Shown: positions 24,601 to 40,413, counted from the first letter of the whole stretch. The stretch is DNA of 63,152 nt, filler included, from Octopus bimaculoides (GCF_001194135.2; 10 parts of 9 records of this genome joined end to end with filler, not necessarily neighbours in it), one strand, 5' to 3'. Notes: generated from the sequence alone by a model not told the origin. Numbers and translations: made by a program.

Positions 24601-27600
24601 ACGAACGAACGTAAGTACGAACGAACGAACGTACGTACGTATGAACGAACGAACAAACGAACGAATGAACGTACGTACGTACATACGAACGAACGTACGA
24701 ACGTTTTTACGTAAGTACGTACGTACGAACGTTTTTACGTAAGTACGTACGTACGAACGTTCGAACGAATGAACGATCTTTATGTCTGTACGTAGGAACG
24801 AACGAAAGAACTAACTGACGAACGAAGGAACGACCGAACAAACGTACGTACGTACAAACGAACGAACGAATGTACGTACGTACGAACAAAAACGAACGGA
24901 CGAACCAACCAACCAACCAGCGAACAAACGTACGTACGAACGAACGAACGAAACAACGAACGTTCGTACGTACGAACGAACGAACGAACGAACGTACGAA
25001 CGAACGATCGAATGAATGAACGAACGTACGTTGGTACGTACGAACGAACGGACGAACGAACAGACTAACGAACGAACGTAAGTACGTACGTACGAACGAA
25101 CGAAAGAACGAACGAACGAAAGCACTAACGGACGAACGAAGGAACGAACGAACAAACGTACGTACGTACGTACAAACGAATGAACGTACGTACGAATAAA
25201 AACCAACGGACGAACGAACCAACCAGCGAACGAACGAACGTACGTACGAACGAACGAACGTACGTACGTACAAATGAACGAACGAACTAACGGACGAACG
25301 TACGAACGAACGAACGATCGAATGAATGAACGAACGTACGTTGGTACGTACGAACGAACGGACGATAGAACGATCAGACCAAAGAACGTACGTACGTATT
25401 TACGTAAATACGTATATACGTATGTACGTACGTACGAACGATCGAACGAACGAACGAACGAACAAACGAACGAACGAAGGAACGAACGTACGTACCTACG
25501 AACGAACGNNNNNNNNNNAACGATCAGACCAAAGAACGTACGTACGTATTTACGTAAATACGTATATACGTATGTACGTACGTACGAACGATCGAACGAA
25601 CGAACGAACGAACAAACGAACGAACGAAGGAACGAACGTACGTACCTACGAACGAACGAAAGAACGAACGAGCGTACAAAAAAACGAACGTACGTACAAA
25701 TGAACGAACGAACGAACGAATGAACGAACGAACGTAAGTACGAACGAACGATAGAACGAATGAACGATCCTTATGTCTGTACGTAGGAACGAACGAACGA
25801 ACGAACGAAAGAACTAACGGACGAACGAAGGAACGAACGAACAAACGTACGTACGTACGTACAAATGAATGAACGAATGTACGTACGTACGAACAAAAAC
25901 GAACGGACGAACCAACGAACCAACGTACGTACGAACGAACGAACGAAACAACGAACGTAAATACGAACGAACGAACTAACAGACCAACGTACGAACGAAC
26001 GAACGAACGATCGAATGAATCAACGAATGTACGTTGGTACGGACGAACGAACGGACGATCGAACGATCGGACCAACGAACGTACGTACGTATTTATGTAA
26101 GTACGTATTTACGTATGTATGTACGTACGAACGATCGAACGAACGAACGTAAGTTATGTCCGTACGTACGAACGAAGGAACGTTCCTTATGTCCGTACAT
26201 ACGAACGAAGGAAGGAACGAACGAACGATGGGACGAACGAGCGTACGTACGTATTTACGTAATTACGTACGCACGAACTATCGAAAGAACAAACGAACGA
26301 ACGAACGAATGATCGAACGAACGAAACAACGAACGTCCGTACGAACGAACGAACGTACGTACGAACATACGAACGAACGTATGAACGAACGAACGAACGT
26401 ACGTACGAACGAACGAGCCTACAAAAGAACGAACGTACGTACAAACGAACGAACGAACGTAAGTACGTACGAACAAACGAACGAACGAATGAACGTACTA
26501 TGTACGTATGTACGAATGAATTAACGAACGAACGTACGTACGAACGAATGAACGAACGAACGTACGTACGTACGAACGAACGAACGAAACAACGAACGTA
26601 CGTACGTACGAACAAACGAATAAACTAACGGATGAACGTACGTACGAAGGTACGTACGAACGAACGAACGAACGAACGAATGAATGAATGAACGTACGTA
26701 CGTATATACGAACGAATGCACGATCGAACGATCGGACCAACGAACGTTCGTACGTATTTACGTAAGTTCGTACGTACGAACGATCGAACGAACGAACGTA
26801 CGTACAAATGTAAGTACGCACGAACAAACGAACGGACGAACGAATAAACGAACGGCCGAACGAACGAACGTACGTGTGTACGAACGAAGGAACGAGTGAT
26901 CGAACGAACCAAACAACGAACGTACGTGCGAAAGTAAGATCGAACTTGCGTCCGAACAAACGAATGAACGAACGTACGTACGTACGTACGAACGAACGAT
27001 CGGACGAACGAGCGTACGTACGTATTTACGTAAGTACGTACATACGAACGATCAACCGAACGAACTAACGTACGTACGTATGTACGAATGACTGAACGAA
27101 CGAACGTACGTCGGTACGTACAAACGTAGGAACGTATGATCGAACGAACGAAACAACGAACATACGTACGTACGAACGAACGTACGTACGAACGAACGAA
27201 CGTACGTACGAACGAATGAACGTACGTACGAACGAACGTACGTACGAATGAACGAACGTACGGACGAAAGAAAGAACGAAGGAACTAACGAACGAACGTA
27301 CGTACGTATGTACGAAGGAGCGAACGAACGAACGTACGTAGGTACGTACAAACGAACGAACGAATGTACGTACGAAAGTTCGAACGAACCAACCAACCAA
27401 CGAAACAACGAAGGAACAAACGTACGTACGTAAGAACGGACGGACGAACAAATGAACGAACGTACGCAAGTACGAACTTTCGAACGAATGAACGATCGAA
27501 CGAAAGGACTCACTGAGGTAAGTACGAACGAACAAACGGACGAACAAAAGAACGAACAGACTACCGAACGAACGTAAGTACGTACGTACTAACGAACGAT

Positions 27601-30422
27601 CGAACGAACGAAAGAACGAACGAGCGTACAAAAGAACGTACGTACGTACAAACGAACGAACGAATGAACGAACGTACGTACGAATGAACGAACCAACAAA
27701 TGAATGAATGAACGTTCGTACGTACGAACGAATGAACGATCGAACGAACAAACGAAAGAACGAACGTACATTCTTGTGTATGTACGTAGGAACGTACTAT
27801 GTACGTACGAACGTACGTATGTACGTACGAACGTACGTACTTACGAACGAACGAACGAAGGAAAGATCGAACGAACGTACGTACGTACGTACGAACGTAC
27901 TTACGAACGAACGAACGAATGAGCGAACATACGAATGAACGTATGTACGTACTTACGTCCGGACGCAGGAACGAACGTACGTCCGTACGAACGAAATAAC
28001 GAACGAGCGTAACGAATGACCAAACGAACGAACGAACGAACGAATGTGCGTATGTACGTGCGAATGCGAACGAATGTACGAATTATCGAACGAACGAACG
28101 AACGTACGTACGTTTTTACGTAAGTACGAACGAACTAACGAACGAAAGAACGAACGAGCGTACAAAAGAACGAACGTACGAACAAACGAACGACGAACGA
28201 ATGAATGAACGAACGTAAGTACGAACGAACGAACGAACGTACGTACGTTTTTACGTAAGTACGTACGTACGAAAGTTCGAACGAATGAACGATCCTTATG
28301 TCTGTACGTAGGAACGAACGAACGAAAGAACGAACAAACGTACGTACGTACGTACAAACGAACGAACGAATGTACGTACGTACGTGCGTACCAACAAAAA
28401 CGAACGGACGAACAAACCAACAAACGAAGGAACGAACGTACGTACGAACGAACGAACGAACGTACGTACGTACGAACGAACGAACTAACGGGCGAACGTA
28501 CGTACGTACGTACGAACGAACGAACGATCGAATGATCGGACCAACGAGCGTACGTAAGTACGTACGTAGGAACGATCGTACCTTATGTCCGTACGTACGA
28601 ACGAAGGAACGTACCTTATGTCCGTACATACGAACGANNNNNNNNNNCCGTACGTACGAACGAAGGAACGTACCTTATGTCCGTACATACGAACGAAGGA
28701 ACGAACGATCGAACGAACGAACGAAAGAACAAACGAACGAACGAACGAGCGAACGAACGTACTTACGTACGAACGAACAAACGAACGAACGAACGAAAGA
28801 ACGAACGAGCGTACAAAAGAACGAACGTACGTATAAACGAACGAACGAATAAATGAACGAACGAACGTAAGTACGAACGAATGAACAAACGAACGACCGA
28901 ACGTACGTACATACGTACGAATGAACGATCGAACAAACGAACGAATGAACGTACGTATGTACGTACGAACGAATGAAGGATCCAACGAACGAAAGAACGA
29001 ACCTCCATACGTATGTACGTACGTACGAACGAACTAACGAACGAACGTAGTACGTTTATACGAAAGTACGTACACACGTTCAAAGAAACGAACGGACGAA
29101 CGAACGAATGACCGAACGTACGTACGTACGAAAGAACGAACCAACAAACGAATAAATGAACGTACGTACGTACGAACGAATGAACGATCGAAGGAGTGAA
29201 TGAAAGAACGAACGTACATACGTATGTACATACGTACGAACGGACGTATGTACTTACGTACGAACGTACGTACTTACGAACGAACGATCGAACGACCGAA
29301 TGAAGGAAAGAACGAACGAACGAACGAACGAACGAATGAACGAACAAACGAATGAACGTTTGTACGTACTTACGTCCCGACGCAGGAACGAACGTACGTA
29401 CCAACAAAATAACGAACGAGCGAAACCAATGACCGAACGAACGAACGAACGAATGTGTGTATGTACGTGCGAACGTACGTCCATACGTACGTGCTTACGA
29501 ACGAACGAACGAATGAACGTACGTACGTTCGAACGAATTAACGAACGAACGTACGAAAGAACGAACGAGCGTACAAAAGAACGAACGTACGTACAAACGA
29601 ACGAATGAACGTACGAACGAATGAACGATCGAACGACTGAAAGAACGAACGTACATACGTATGTACGTACACACGAACGAAATAACGATCGAACGTACGT
29701 ACGTTTATACGTAAGTACGTACGATTTTACGTAAGTACGTACGTACGAACGAACGAACGTACGTACAGACGAACGAACGAACGGACGAACTAACGAACGA
29801 ATGTACGTACGTACAAACGAACAGACGAACGAACCAACCAACGAACGTACGTACGTGCGAACGAACGAAACAACGAACGTACGTACGAACGAACAAACTA
29901 ACGAACGAACGTACGTATGTACGAACTTTCGAAAGAATGAACGAACGAACGAACGCATTATCGAACGAACGAAACAACGAACGTACGTACGAACTAACGA
30001 ACGAACGAACGTACATTCGAACGAACGAACGACGTACGTACGTACGAACGAGCCTACAAAAGAACGAACGTACGTACATAAATCCATACGTATGAAGGAA
30101 TGAACGAACGAACGAACAAACGAACGTACGTACGTACATACGAACGAACAACCGAACGAACGAACGTACGTACGTAGGAACATTCGAACGAACGATCTTT
30201 CGTACGTACGTCCGAACGATGGAACGAACGAACGACCGAAAGAACGAACTAACGAATGAACGGACGTACTTACGTACGTAGGTACGTACGAACGAACGAA
30301 CGAACGAATATGCGTACGAGCGAACGAACGTACGTACGTACAACGAAGGAACGATCGATCGAACGAGCGTATCTTTGTATTTATGTAAATACGTACGTAC
30401 GAACGATCTTACGAAGGAACCT
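21639..30422 (+). repeat. ACGA/ACGT satellite, right block (ACGA orientation)
   Basis: Tetramer mosaic with recurrent landmarks TTTTACGTAAGTACG, CCTTATGTC, GAGCGTACAAAAGAACG and AACCAACCAACG. Runs to the scaffold end. Confidence 0.95.
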
Positions 30423-30744
30423 NNNNNNNNNNNNNNNNNNNNNNNNNNNNNNNNNNNNNNNNNNNNTTAATTAATTAANNNNNNNNNNNNNNNNNNNNNN
30501 NNNNNNNNNNNNNNNNNNNNNNTATATATATAGTAAATTTAGATTCAAGTGGATATGGTACTTAAGCTGAGGCAACAGAATTTAGTACGGTATTATCCAT
30601 ACAATTTCAAAGTAAGTTGATTAAAATCGAAATAAGCAACAAGGGTATTCAGAGGTAATGCAGTACGATCGTTTCATGCAACTCCATTTAATTAAACAAT
30701 GTAATCATTACATCAATTTAAAATTATATATAGAAATATATGTA

Positions 30745-30851
30745 TATATATATATACATACATATATATATATATGTATACACACACACATATTTATATA
30801 TATATATATACCCATATATATTTACATATACATACATACACACACACACAC

Positions 30852-30933
<82 letters not shown>

Positions 30934-31369
30934 GCATATACATATCCCTGTGTGCGTTGGGACATGTGTCTGTGTGTGTGTGTGTCAGTATGTGTATGCA
31001 CGCGTGCGCATGTGTGTATGTGTATGCATGTCCATGTGTCAATGTGTGTGCACGCGCGCTGCACACTTTTGCTGAAGAGGTCAACTAAGACAGGAATATG
31101 TCGTTTTCTTTCAACATTTCAGTCACTAGATCCCGTTCCATTCTCGACTACATTTTATCTATTTTTTCCCGCCAAATTTCTAACTTTTACCTTGTAGTTT
31201 TAGAGTTATTCCCCCTACATGCTTTTTATTCCTAGAAGGTGATTTTTGTCTATTACCTCCTCTGATGATTTCAGTTGACCGAGGTTGTATAATTTCAGAG
31301 CTCACCATATATGCGACCTAACGCAATCGTGTTTGTGTACATACATACACTCACACATACATACCGACC

Positions 31370-31421
<52 letters not shown>

Positions 31422-31564
31422 GGGAGGGAGGCAGGCAGGCAGGCAGGCAGGCAGGGGAGGCAGGGGNNNNNNNNNNNNNNNNNNNNNNNNNNNNNNNNNN
31501 NNNNNNNNNNNNNNNNNNNNNNNNNNNNNNNNNNNNNNNNNNNNNNNNNNNNNNNNNNNNNNNN

Positions 31565-31633
<69 letters not shown>

Positions 31634-31665
31634 AACAGACAAGAAGACAGGCAAATAGATAGATA
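30745..31665. repeat. Compound microsatellites (TA)n/(CA)n/(GT)n, then (GACA)n/(GGCA)n/(GATA)n
   Basis: Direct inspection; includes a stretch of unique sequence between the tracts. Confidence 0.85.
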
Positions 31666-32005
31666 GATATCTTTTTATTATGGCCACGCAGGGCTAAATA
31701 CAGAAAGTGGACAAAATACAATGTAGAACTTTTCTTTTGTTGGGGCATTGAGAGCATTTGTAGAAATTAAATGGGTTCGCTGCGGGGTTAGATGCGTCGA
31801 CAAACAAGTCGGGTGGGGGTGCTATATTGACCTGGTGGCGTTTCCAATTGAACAGATGCGATCCGGGCCCCAGAATCAATCATAACTGTTGAGCAACACG
31901 CACACACATACACTCACACAATCGTAGAGTTTAGTCAAAAGTGAAAATAAAACCGAAATCAATAGAAAGCGTGTGATCGATGTTCGATCTTATCAGTTAA
32001 CTCAC

Positions 32006-32119
32006 CTCGTACAGACGCCGTCCTCGTGCAGTTATAGAGAATAGCAAGTTCTCCGAAAGCCCTACCAGCGCCCATCTTACCCAGTACATGTTTTCCTTTG
32101 AGGACATCAAACTCTCCCT
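32006..32119 (-). CDS. PRKG1: cGMP-dependent protein kinase exon (cyclic-nucleotide-binding domain A, phosphate-binding cassette)
   Basis: tttctgttttcag|AG...CGAG|GTGAGT; 114 nt, phase 1-1. Reads (E)GEFDVLKGKHVLGKMGAGRAFGELAILYNCTRTASVR, containing the FGELAILYNCTRTASV signature of PKG. The symbol denotes the family; the orthologue is not verified. Confidence 0.95.
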
Positions 32120-33119
32120 CTGAAAACAGAAATAATAAATGTTTTGGGTTTTATAAAACAACGATGGCGAAAATAACAGCAACAACAACAACAATTGCAG
32201 TAACAGCAGTTACAACAACAACAATTGTAGTAACAACAGTTACAACAACAACAGCAACGACTACAGCGGTAACAGTAAAAACAACTCCAGCAAGAATGTC
32301 TACATGTAAAAATCTTTGCTGAGGAAGATGTCTTGGTGAGACACGTCTAAGTGCTATTTCTGTTCCCTAATAGTATTTTAGTGAAAAAGTGGAATAGAGT
32401 TTGGAGGAAATAGAAATAGAATATGTTTGCTGTGAAGAATAAAATTAGCATTTTGAAAGGAAATGGAAAATAAAATTAAGCTGTAAGTTGCAAAGAGTAA
32501 AATAGCTGGAAAGAGTAAAATAGAATTCCGTTTTACAGAAACATCATTAGATGAAGAATGGAAAATGACAGTGAAATTAGTTTAAGAATAAATACTTCGT
32601 TTTTTTGTACTTGGCTTGCAGGATTCCCTAGACGCAACAAAATAAGAATAAAGAGAAATAGGGGCGTCGAACAAATAATCTTGCTCGGTTAGAATCCATA
32701 ATTTAAGCATCTGACTGGGCCATCTCGATGGATGTATAACATGTGATAGGACGTTCAGTGTTTAAATAGGTTGTCGCTGGTCGTCGGTGATTCGGTGACA
32801 GAATGTTGGCTTTCCTTACGACCGTAATCGGTAGTCGAGTCTTCACTGACTCAATGGGTTTTTCTCGATGTGTTGCTTTAACCAAATACGTAAGAGCACA
32901 ATACGTCAAGTAGTAGTAGTAGTAGTAGTATCCATGCTGTTCCGGCGATCTGAAGAGTTAACATTCATGATCTGCATAAATTTGTGAAATATGCAAATTG
33001 CATTTTTATAATGGCTGAGCATACATAGTGATGCAATCACGGGCGTGTTATTTCGTATGCTGAAATGAATAACACTGCATGATAAAGGTTATAAGCGTTT
33101 AGAGCGACTAAAAAAATCA

Positions 33120-33365
33120 ATGCGCCCTTTCAAAGCCTAGCCAGGCTCGTGGGCCCGGTTTCCCGGTTTCAATGGCGTATGTGTTCCCCAGCTGGACGGG
33201 ACGCCAGTCCATCGCAGCGTTACTCATTTTTACCAGCTGAGTGGACTGGAGCTACATGAAACGAAGTGTTTTGCTCAAGAACACAGCGCGTCGCCCGGTC
33301 CAGGAATCGAAACCACAATCTTACGATCATGATGCTGACACCCTAACCACTAAGCCACGCGCCTC
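33120..33365 (-). mobile_element. tRNA-derived SINE, family C (GGAGGCGCGTGGCTTAGTGGTTAGGGTGTC... head)
   Basis: Near-identical copy on the plus strand at 54723-54958 and an older copy at about 51745-52025. A-box-like TGGCTTAGTGG and B-box-like GTTTCGATTCC. Confidence 0.85.
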
Positions 33366-34441
33366 TACGTTTAGTAAAACGCCAGAAAAAAAGGAAGAAT
33401 TGAAAAACGAAATTGTGAATTCATGGTCCTTAACACCGTAACCAAACAATCCGTCAGCTTTCTTGCATAATTGAGATTAGTTGTGGAGTCTCCCGGGATA
33501 TCCTCACGGAANNNNNNNNNNNNNNNNNNNNNNNNNNNNNNNNNNNNNNNNNNNNNNNNNNNNNNNNNNNNNNNNNNNNNNNNNNNNNNNNNNNNNNNNN
33601 NNNNNNNNNNNNNNNNNNNNNNNNNNNNNNNNNNNNNNNNNNNNNNNNNNNNNNNNNNNNNNNNNNNNNNNNNNNNNNNNNNNNNNNNNNNNNNNNNNNN
33701 NNNNNNNNNNNNNNNNNNNNNNNNNNNNNNNNNNNNNNNNNNNNNNNNNNNNNNNNNNNNNNNNNNNNNNNNNNNNNNNNNNNNNNNNNNNNNNNNNNNN
33801 NNNNNNNNNNNNNNNNNNNNNNNNNNNNNNNNNNNNNNNNNNNNNNNNNNNNNNNNNNNNNNNNNNNNNNNNNNNNNNNNNNNNNNNNNNNNNNNNNNNN
33901 NNNNNNNNNNNNNNNNNNNNNNNNNNNNNNNNNNNNNNNNNNNNNNNNNNNNNNNNNNNNNNNNNNNNNNNNNNNNNNNNNNNNNNNNNNNNNNNNNNNN
34001 NNNNNNNNNNNNNNNNNNNNNNNNNNNNNNNNNNNNNNNNNNNNNNNNNNNNNNNNNNNNNNNNNNNNNNNNNNNNNNNNNNNNNNNNNNNNNNNNNNNN
34101 NNNNNNNNNNNNNNNNNNNNNNNNNNNNNNNNNNNNNNNNNNNNNNNNNNNNNNNNNNNNNNNNNNNNNNNNNNNNNNNNNNNNNNNNNNNNNNNNNNNN
34201 NNNNNNNNNNNNNNNNNNNNNNNNNNNNNNNNNNNNNNNNNNNNNNNNNNNNNNNNNNNNNNNNNNNNNNNNNNNNNNNNNNNNNNNNNNNNNNNNNNNN
34301 NNNNNNNNNNNNNNNNNNNNNNNNNNNNNNNNNNNNNNNNNNNNNNNNNNNNNNNNNNNNNNNNNNNNNNNNNNNNNNNNNNNNNNNNNNNNNNNNNNNN
34401 NNNNNNNNNNNNNNNNNNNNNNNNNNNNNNNNNNNNNNNNN

Positions 34442-35170
<729 letters not shown>

Positions 35171-35230
35171 TCTACCTCATCACTCCTACGCGTCCCCCAG
35201 ACATATATACCAGGGTAGCCAACGACTCAC

Positions 35231-35397
35231 CTGCTGACACGTAAAGATGTTGCCCGGATTCTCCTTCCTTGATGATGTAGTTGCCCATTTTGACCTTCTT
35301 CTCGTACATACAATCAACGATCTCTCGCACCTGGTTCTGGTCCAAGTTCTTGAGGAAGTCATTTTCGAGAATTGCGTCTTTGATTAATAGGCGTGAC
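35231..35397 (-). CDS. PRKG1: cGMP-dependent protein kinase exon (start of cNMP-binding domain A)
   Basis: ttgttgttgtgcag|G...GCAG|GTGAGT; 167 nt, phase 2 to 1. Reads SRLLIKDAILENDFLKNLDQNQVREIVDCMYEKKVKMGNYIIKEGESGQHLYVSA and splices in frame (G+AG = Glu) to the exon at 32006-32119. Confidence 0.95.
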
Positions 35398-35720
35398 CTG
35401 CACAACAACAAGAATAACAACAGAAACAATTGAGAGAAAAAAAAACAGGAGATTATTAGATGCAACAAAATGGCGGAGTAACTCCTGAGCGAGAAAGTAC
35501 GAGATTAGATACGATAACAACAGTGTGCACGAAACCACGGTCGGAATGACAAGGAGCCAAAGAGACAGCACCTGTGTAACCAGCCGACGTACTAGAAATA
35601 GCAGCTGAGTCCCATCCAAAACATTTTATTGTCTTAAAACTATAAAGGTAAAACACTCTGAATAATAAAGTTCTGAATATTGCAAATTCGTGAAAGGTTC
35701 CCTATTTTCTTGGAGGGAAC

Positions 35721-36100
35721 GTTGTTGTGTGGTAAGAAGCTTGCTTCCCGACCACATGGTTCCGGGTTCATTCNNNNNNNNNNNNNNNNNNNNNNNNNNN
35801 NNNNNNNNNNNNNNNNNNNNNNNNNNNNNNNNNNNNNNNNNNNNNNNNNNNNNNNNNNNNNNNNNNNNNNNNNTCCTATTACCGAACCGCTAGTTTACAG
35901 GGACGTAAACACACCAACGCCAGTTGTCAAGCTTGACAACCGATGCTGGTGTGTTTACGTCCCCGTAACTTAGCGGCTCGGCAAAAGAGACCGATAGAAA
36001 AAGTACTAGGCTTCCAAAGAATAAGTCCTTGGGTCGATTAGCTCGACTAAAGGCGGTGCTCTAGCATGGCCGCAGTCAAATGATTGAAGCAAATAAAAGA
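35721..36100 (+). mobile_element. tRNA-derived SINE, family B (GGCTGTGTGGTAAGAAGCTTGCTTCCCAACCACATGG head, internal microsatellite)
   Basis: Other copies: 44165-44545 (+), about 48690-49047 (-), about 49630-50043 (+), 62913-63152 (+), and 3' parts at about 39540-39725 (-) and 46590-46765 (-). Confidence 0.85.
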
Positions 36101-36639
36101 TTATATATCGATCAGCAAGGAGTACGTTACTTCAGAAAGCAGTTTATCTTCGCTGATACTCTCGGTTAAACATTTTATAGAGGGCAGCAGTGTGTACTAC
36201 TGCACTTGATACACTTGGCTAGACATTATATATAATCCTCCAAGGAGTACGTTCCTTCAGAGAGATGCTAATCAAGAAATTCATTCACAATTATGTCGCC
36301 CTTATATAATCAACAGCCATTTTTTTCTCCATAGCGCTAACCATAGGATATTTTCTAAACTGTTCAAAGAACCAACTGTCTTGGGTAAGGAAACCATAGA
36401 AACATATGGTGTTTGTTCAGTAAATAGAGCTTTGATTGTGTGAGAAGGGCGGACATATTGCAGTGCAGAGGGCATGTGTGATGTGTGGTTTGCGTGAAAC
36501 AAGGATCTGAGTTTTAAACCTAGGTAGAAGGGACACGCAATGGTACAACGGTATGGCGGCGTTTGAATGCGGTTCTGTCTGTCAACGTGAAGGAAAACAC
36601 TCACTCTCACACACACAACAAACGAATGCATGCATACAC

Positions 36640-36679
<40 letters not shown>

Positions 36680-36791
36680 NNNNNNNNNNNNNNNNNNNNN
36701 NNNNNNNNNNNNNNNNNNNNNNNTTAATTAATTAANNNNNNNNNNNNNNNNNNNNNNNNNNNNNNNNNNNNNNNNNNNNTGTGTGTGTGTG

Positions 36792-36840
<49 letters not shown>

Positions 36841-38003
36841 AAGAATGAATAGAGAGAGAACGAGAGAGAGGACGAAGGCAAAAAACGGAAAAAGAATAAA
36901 AATGAGACAAAGAAAGAAGAAAAGGAGAAAATGAGATAAGGAAACAAGAGAGAAAACGATGTGTGAGAGAGAATAAGGGAATGACGATGAAGAAGGAGAA
37001 AGGATGAACGAGTGGAAGGAAGAAAAGATGAAAGAATGAAGAAGGAAAGAAGAGGAAAAAAATGATGAGAAAATAAGAAACGATGAGAGGCAAAAAGAAA
37101 AAAAAATTACAGATTTAAAAAAAAAAGAAAAAAAGAATTTTAAAAAATAAGAAAAAAAAGCATAAAAAGGAGAGATAGAATCACGGAGGTGTCGGGTAGT
37201 GGCGATGTGGTGAGGGGTATAGCATCTATCAGTCGTTACAACAACAAAATGGTTAAAGAAAAGAAATAAAATATGGTGGTGGTGGGGTGGGGGATGTTTG
37301 CGGAAAATAAACAGAAAACGAAACGATAGGAAAAGAAGAACCGCAACAGAAAATAAAAACAAATGAAATCGATGCAATCTTAGAGGTGTGGTGGAGGTGG
37401 TAGNNNNNNNNNNNNNNNNNNNNNNNNNNNNNNNNNNNNNNNNNNNNNNNNNNNNNNNNNNNNNNNNNNNNNNNNNNNNNNNNNNNNNNNNNNNNNNNNN
37501 NNNNNNNNNNNNNNNNNNNNNNNNNNNNNNNNNNNNNNNNNNNNNNNNNNNNNNNNNNNNNNNNNNNNNNNNNNNNNNNNNNNNNNNNNNNNNNNNNNNN
37601 NNNNNNNNNNNNNNNNNNNNNNNNNNNNNNNNNNNNNNNNNNNNNNNNNNNNNNNNNNNNNNNNNNNNNNNNNNNNNNNNNNNNNNNNNNNNNNNNNNNN
37701 NNNNNNNNNNNNNNNNNNNNNNNNNNNNNNNNNNNNNNNNNNNNNNNNNNNNNNNNNNNNNNNNNNNNNNNNNNNNNNNNNNNNNNNNNNNNNNNNNNNN
37801 NNNNNNNNNNNNNNNNNNNNNNNNNNNNNNNNNNNNNNNNNNNNNNNNNNNNNNNNNNNNNNNNNNNNNNNNNNNNNNNNNNNNNNNNNNNNNNNNNNNN
37901 NNNNNNNNNNNNNNNNNNNNNNNNNNNNNNNNNNNNNNNNNNNNNNNNNNNNNNNNNNNNNNNNNNNNNNNNNNNNNNNNNNNNNNNNNNNNNNNNNNNN
38001 NNN

Positions 38004-38142
38004 AATAATAATAATATTAATAATAATAATAATAATAATAACAATTAAAAAAATAATAATAACAATATCAAACACAATAATAATAATACTGGGTGAGACT
38101 TGGATCCAACTTGTACAAATGCAAAACAAAAGTCAAACATAA

Positions 38143-38183
<41 letters not shown>

Positions 38184-38270
38184 TAATAATAATAATAATA
38201 ATGATAATAATAATAATAATAATAATAATGGTGATTGTGATAGTAATGATAATAGTAGTAATGATGATGG
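38004..38270. repeat. (AAT)n/(GAT)n microsatellite cluster
   Basis: Direct inspection. Confidence 0.85.
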
Positions 38271-38435
38271 TAATTTCTCACAGTGACAAACAAGGAAGTT
38301 AGAATTCCTCACGTTTCCAAAACACGCGTCGCGAGTCTTGCGATACGTTTATGCTGAGGTTTATCAGAACTGCTGTGTTTAGGTATTTATTTATTTACTT
38401 GTTTATTCCTTCATTTATTTTCTTTCACAACACAC

Positions 38436-38474
<39 letters not shown>

Positions 38475-40239
38475 TCTCTCTTTCTCTCTCTTTATATATA
38501 TACATACGCACACACACACACACACATACACACTCACACACACACACACACACATNNNNNNNNNNNNNNNNNNNNNNNNNNNNNNNNNNNNNNNNNNNNT
38601 TAATTAATTAANNNNNNNNNNNNNNNNNNNNNNNNNNNNNNNNNNNNNNNNNNNNTGGGGAAAGCGAAATGGAGAGCGCCGTATGATGAAATTTATATTA
38701 GAGCAACATTTAGTAGGTTAAACAAAATGTGATAAATATATGACATGTTTTAAAAGACGAAATGAAATAGACGCTTACAAAATAATGATGAAATAAATAA
38801 ATAAAAAAATACTGCTTGGCATTGAACTTCAACTATGTTCCTGATAGCTAGGAATGAAAACGTGTAGTTCTAACATTGAATGTTAACTAGGTATTTTGTT
38901 ATGTGCCAAAGATACTGATAACGTTAAATTCAATCTAGATCCTGAAATCGAAGAATTAGACGAGTTTTACGCACACAAATATTTAAGAGTGGATGAAACT
39001 AATAAGATACAACAGCCAGAAATAAAAGATTAAATTCGAAAATAAAATATTGCAGAAGGGACAGATTAACGTAAAAAAATAACTTGACACTATAAACAGT
39101 AAAATGTTGACCAAACTGCAGTTCGTGATCTGCATGCAGCTTTCAATGATACTGGGGGCTACTCCTAAAATTTAAAGTATTAACTGCGAAAATGAACACG
39201 ATAAAAAGCCTTCAAAATGTAGAGATCAATCTCTTTTAGTATTTTAGTGAGTAAAACCATAAAGCGGTGTATTTTATAATTTATAATGTTAAAGATATAT
39301 GTGTAGGCTCTTGAGCAAGAAAAACAAAAAAACTTCATAATTAGCTTTTATTATCAAACAACTTGTCCACCTTGGTATAAATACACTACTAATCTCAGTC
39401 AGAAACTATGTCCCGAACATACGTAATATACAGGAAGTTAAGTTTACTTGTAGTAGGACTTAGATTGTAAAACGGGGCGCGGGGAAGCGAACACTGCATT
39501 GTGAAATTAATACAGATAAGACATATCGATTATCTTTTATTTGTTTATGTCATTAGACTGCAGCTATGCAGGGACACTGCCTTCAAGTCGAACAAATCGA
39601 CTCCAGGACATATGTTATGCTTCCAAGTCTGATACTTATTCCATCGGTCTCTTTTGCCAAACTGCTAAATTACGGAGAAGTACACAAAATAACACCGTTT
39701 GCCAAGCGGTAGGGGCAACAAAACATACGTACACACGCACGCGCACTTATAGTTTCCACAGAGTGTCCCTCTACCAATTTCGCTCACAAGACATTGATTG
39801 GTCAGTCCGAGGTTATTTATAGTAGAAGACACTATCTCAAGATGCCGTGCAATGAGAGTGAACACGAAATGACTTGGCTGCAAAGCGAACCTCTTAACCA
39901 CGCAGCCATGCCTGTCTGCTCAGAGTACACAAGGTGTGCGTGGCACGACACAGATTTTGAGTTATTAGAAAGTAGGAATTGTGTGTTTAGAAAAATACTT
40001 AGAAACATGTAAAAGGAAACTGATTAGTACAAGGGGAAGCATGAATAAATAAATAAATAAATAAAATAAAAAAGTCGTACTTTTTAATATAAAGAAACAA
40101 GATATAAACAAGAAGCTAAGTACATCGGAGAAAAGGTCCAGATAAAGGGGGGAAAACAGTAAAGGAAAAAAAATAAAGAAATAAAATGGTATTCCATAAT
40201 ACACTAATAAAAAAAGATACAAGCCCCCCCCTCCCACTC

Positions 40240-40379
40240 CATGGCCAATATCCTGCAAGAATCAACAGAGAGGAAGTAAGTCAGCGTGAAATCCAACAAT
40301 GGCTCAACATTTCTGGACTAAAAGCAGAGAAGGAAGGAAGGTTTGATTTTAGTTGCACAGGATCAATGACTGGCCACAG

Positions 40380-40413
<34 letters not shown>

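Noticed and set aside
31694-31879. Minus-strand 61-aa ORF just downstream of the PKG exon, as the next PKG exon
   Set aside because: No frame matches the expected continuation of the cNMP domain (A.T..K/V.W..DR..F).
33480-33511. GAGGATATCCC similarity (minus strand) to the hammerhead at 9242-9252
   Set aside because: Only 11 nt are shared. GAAAC and stem III are not conserved, and the upstream part is in an N gap.
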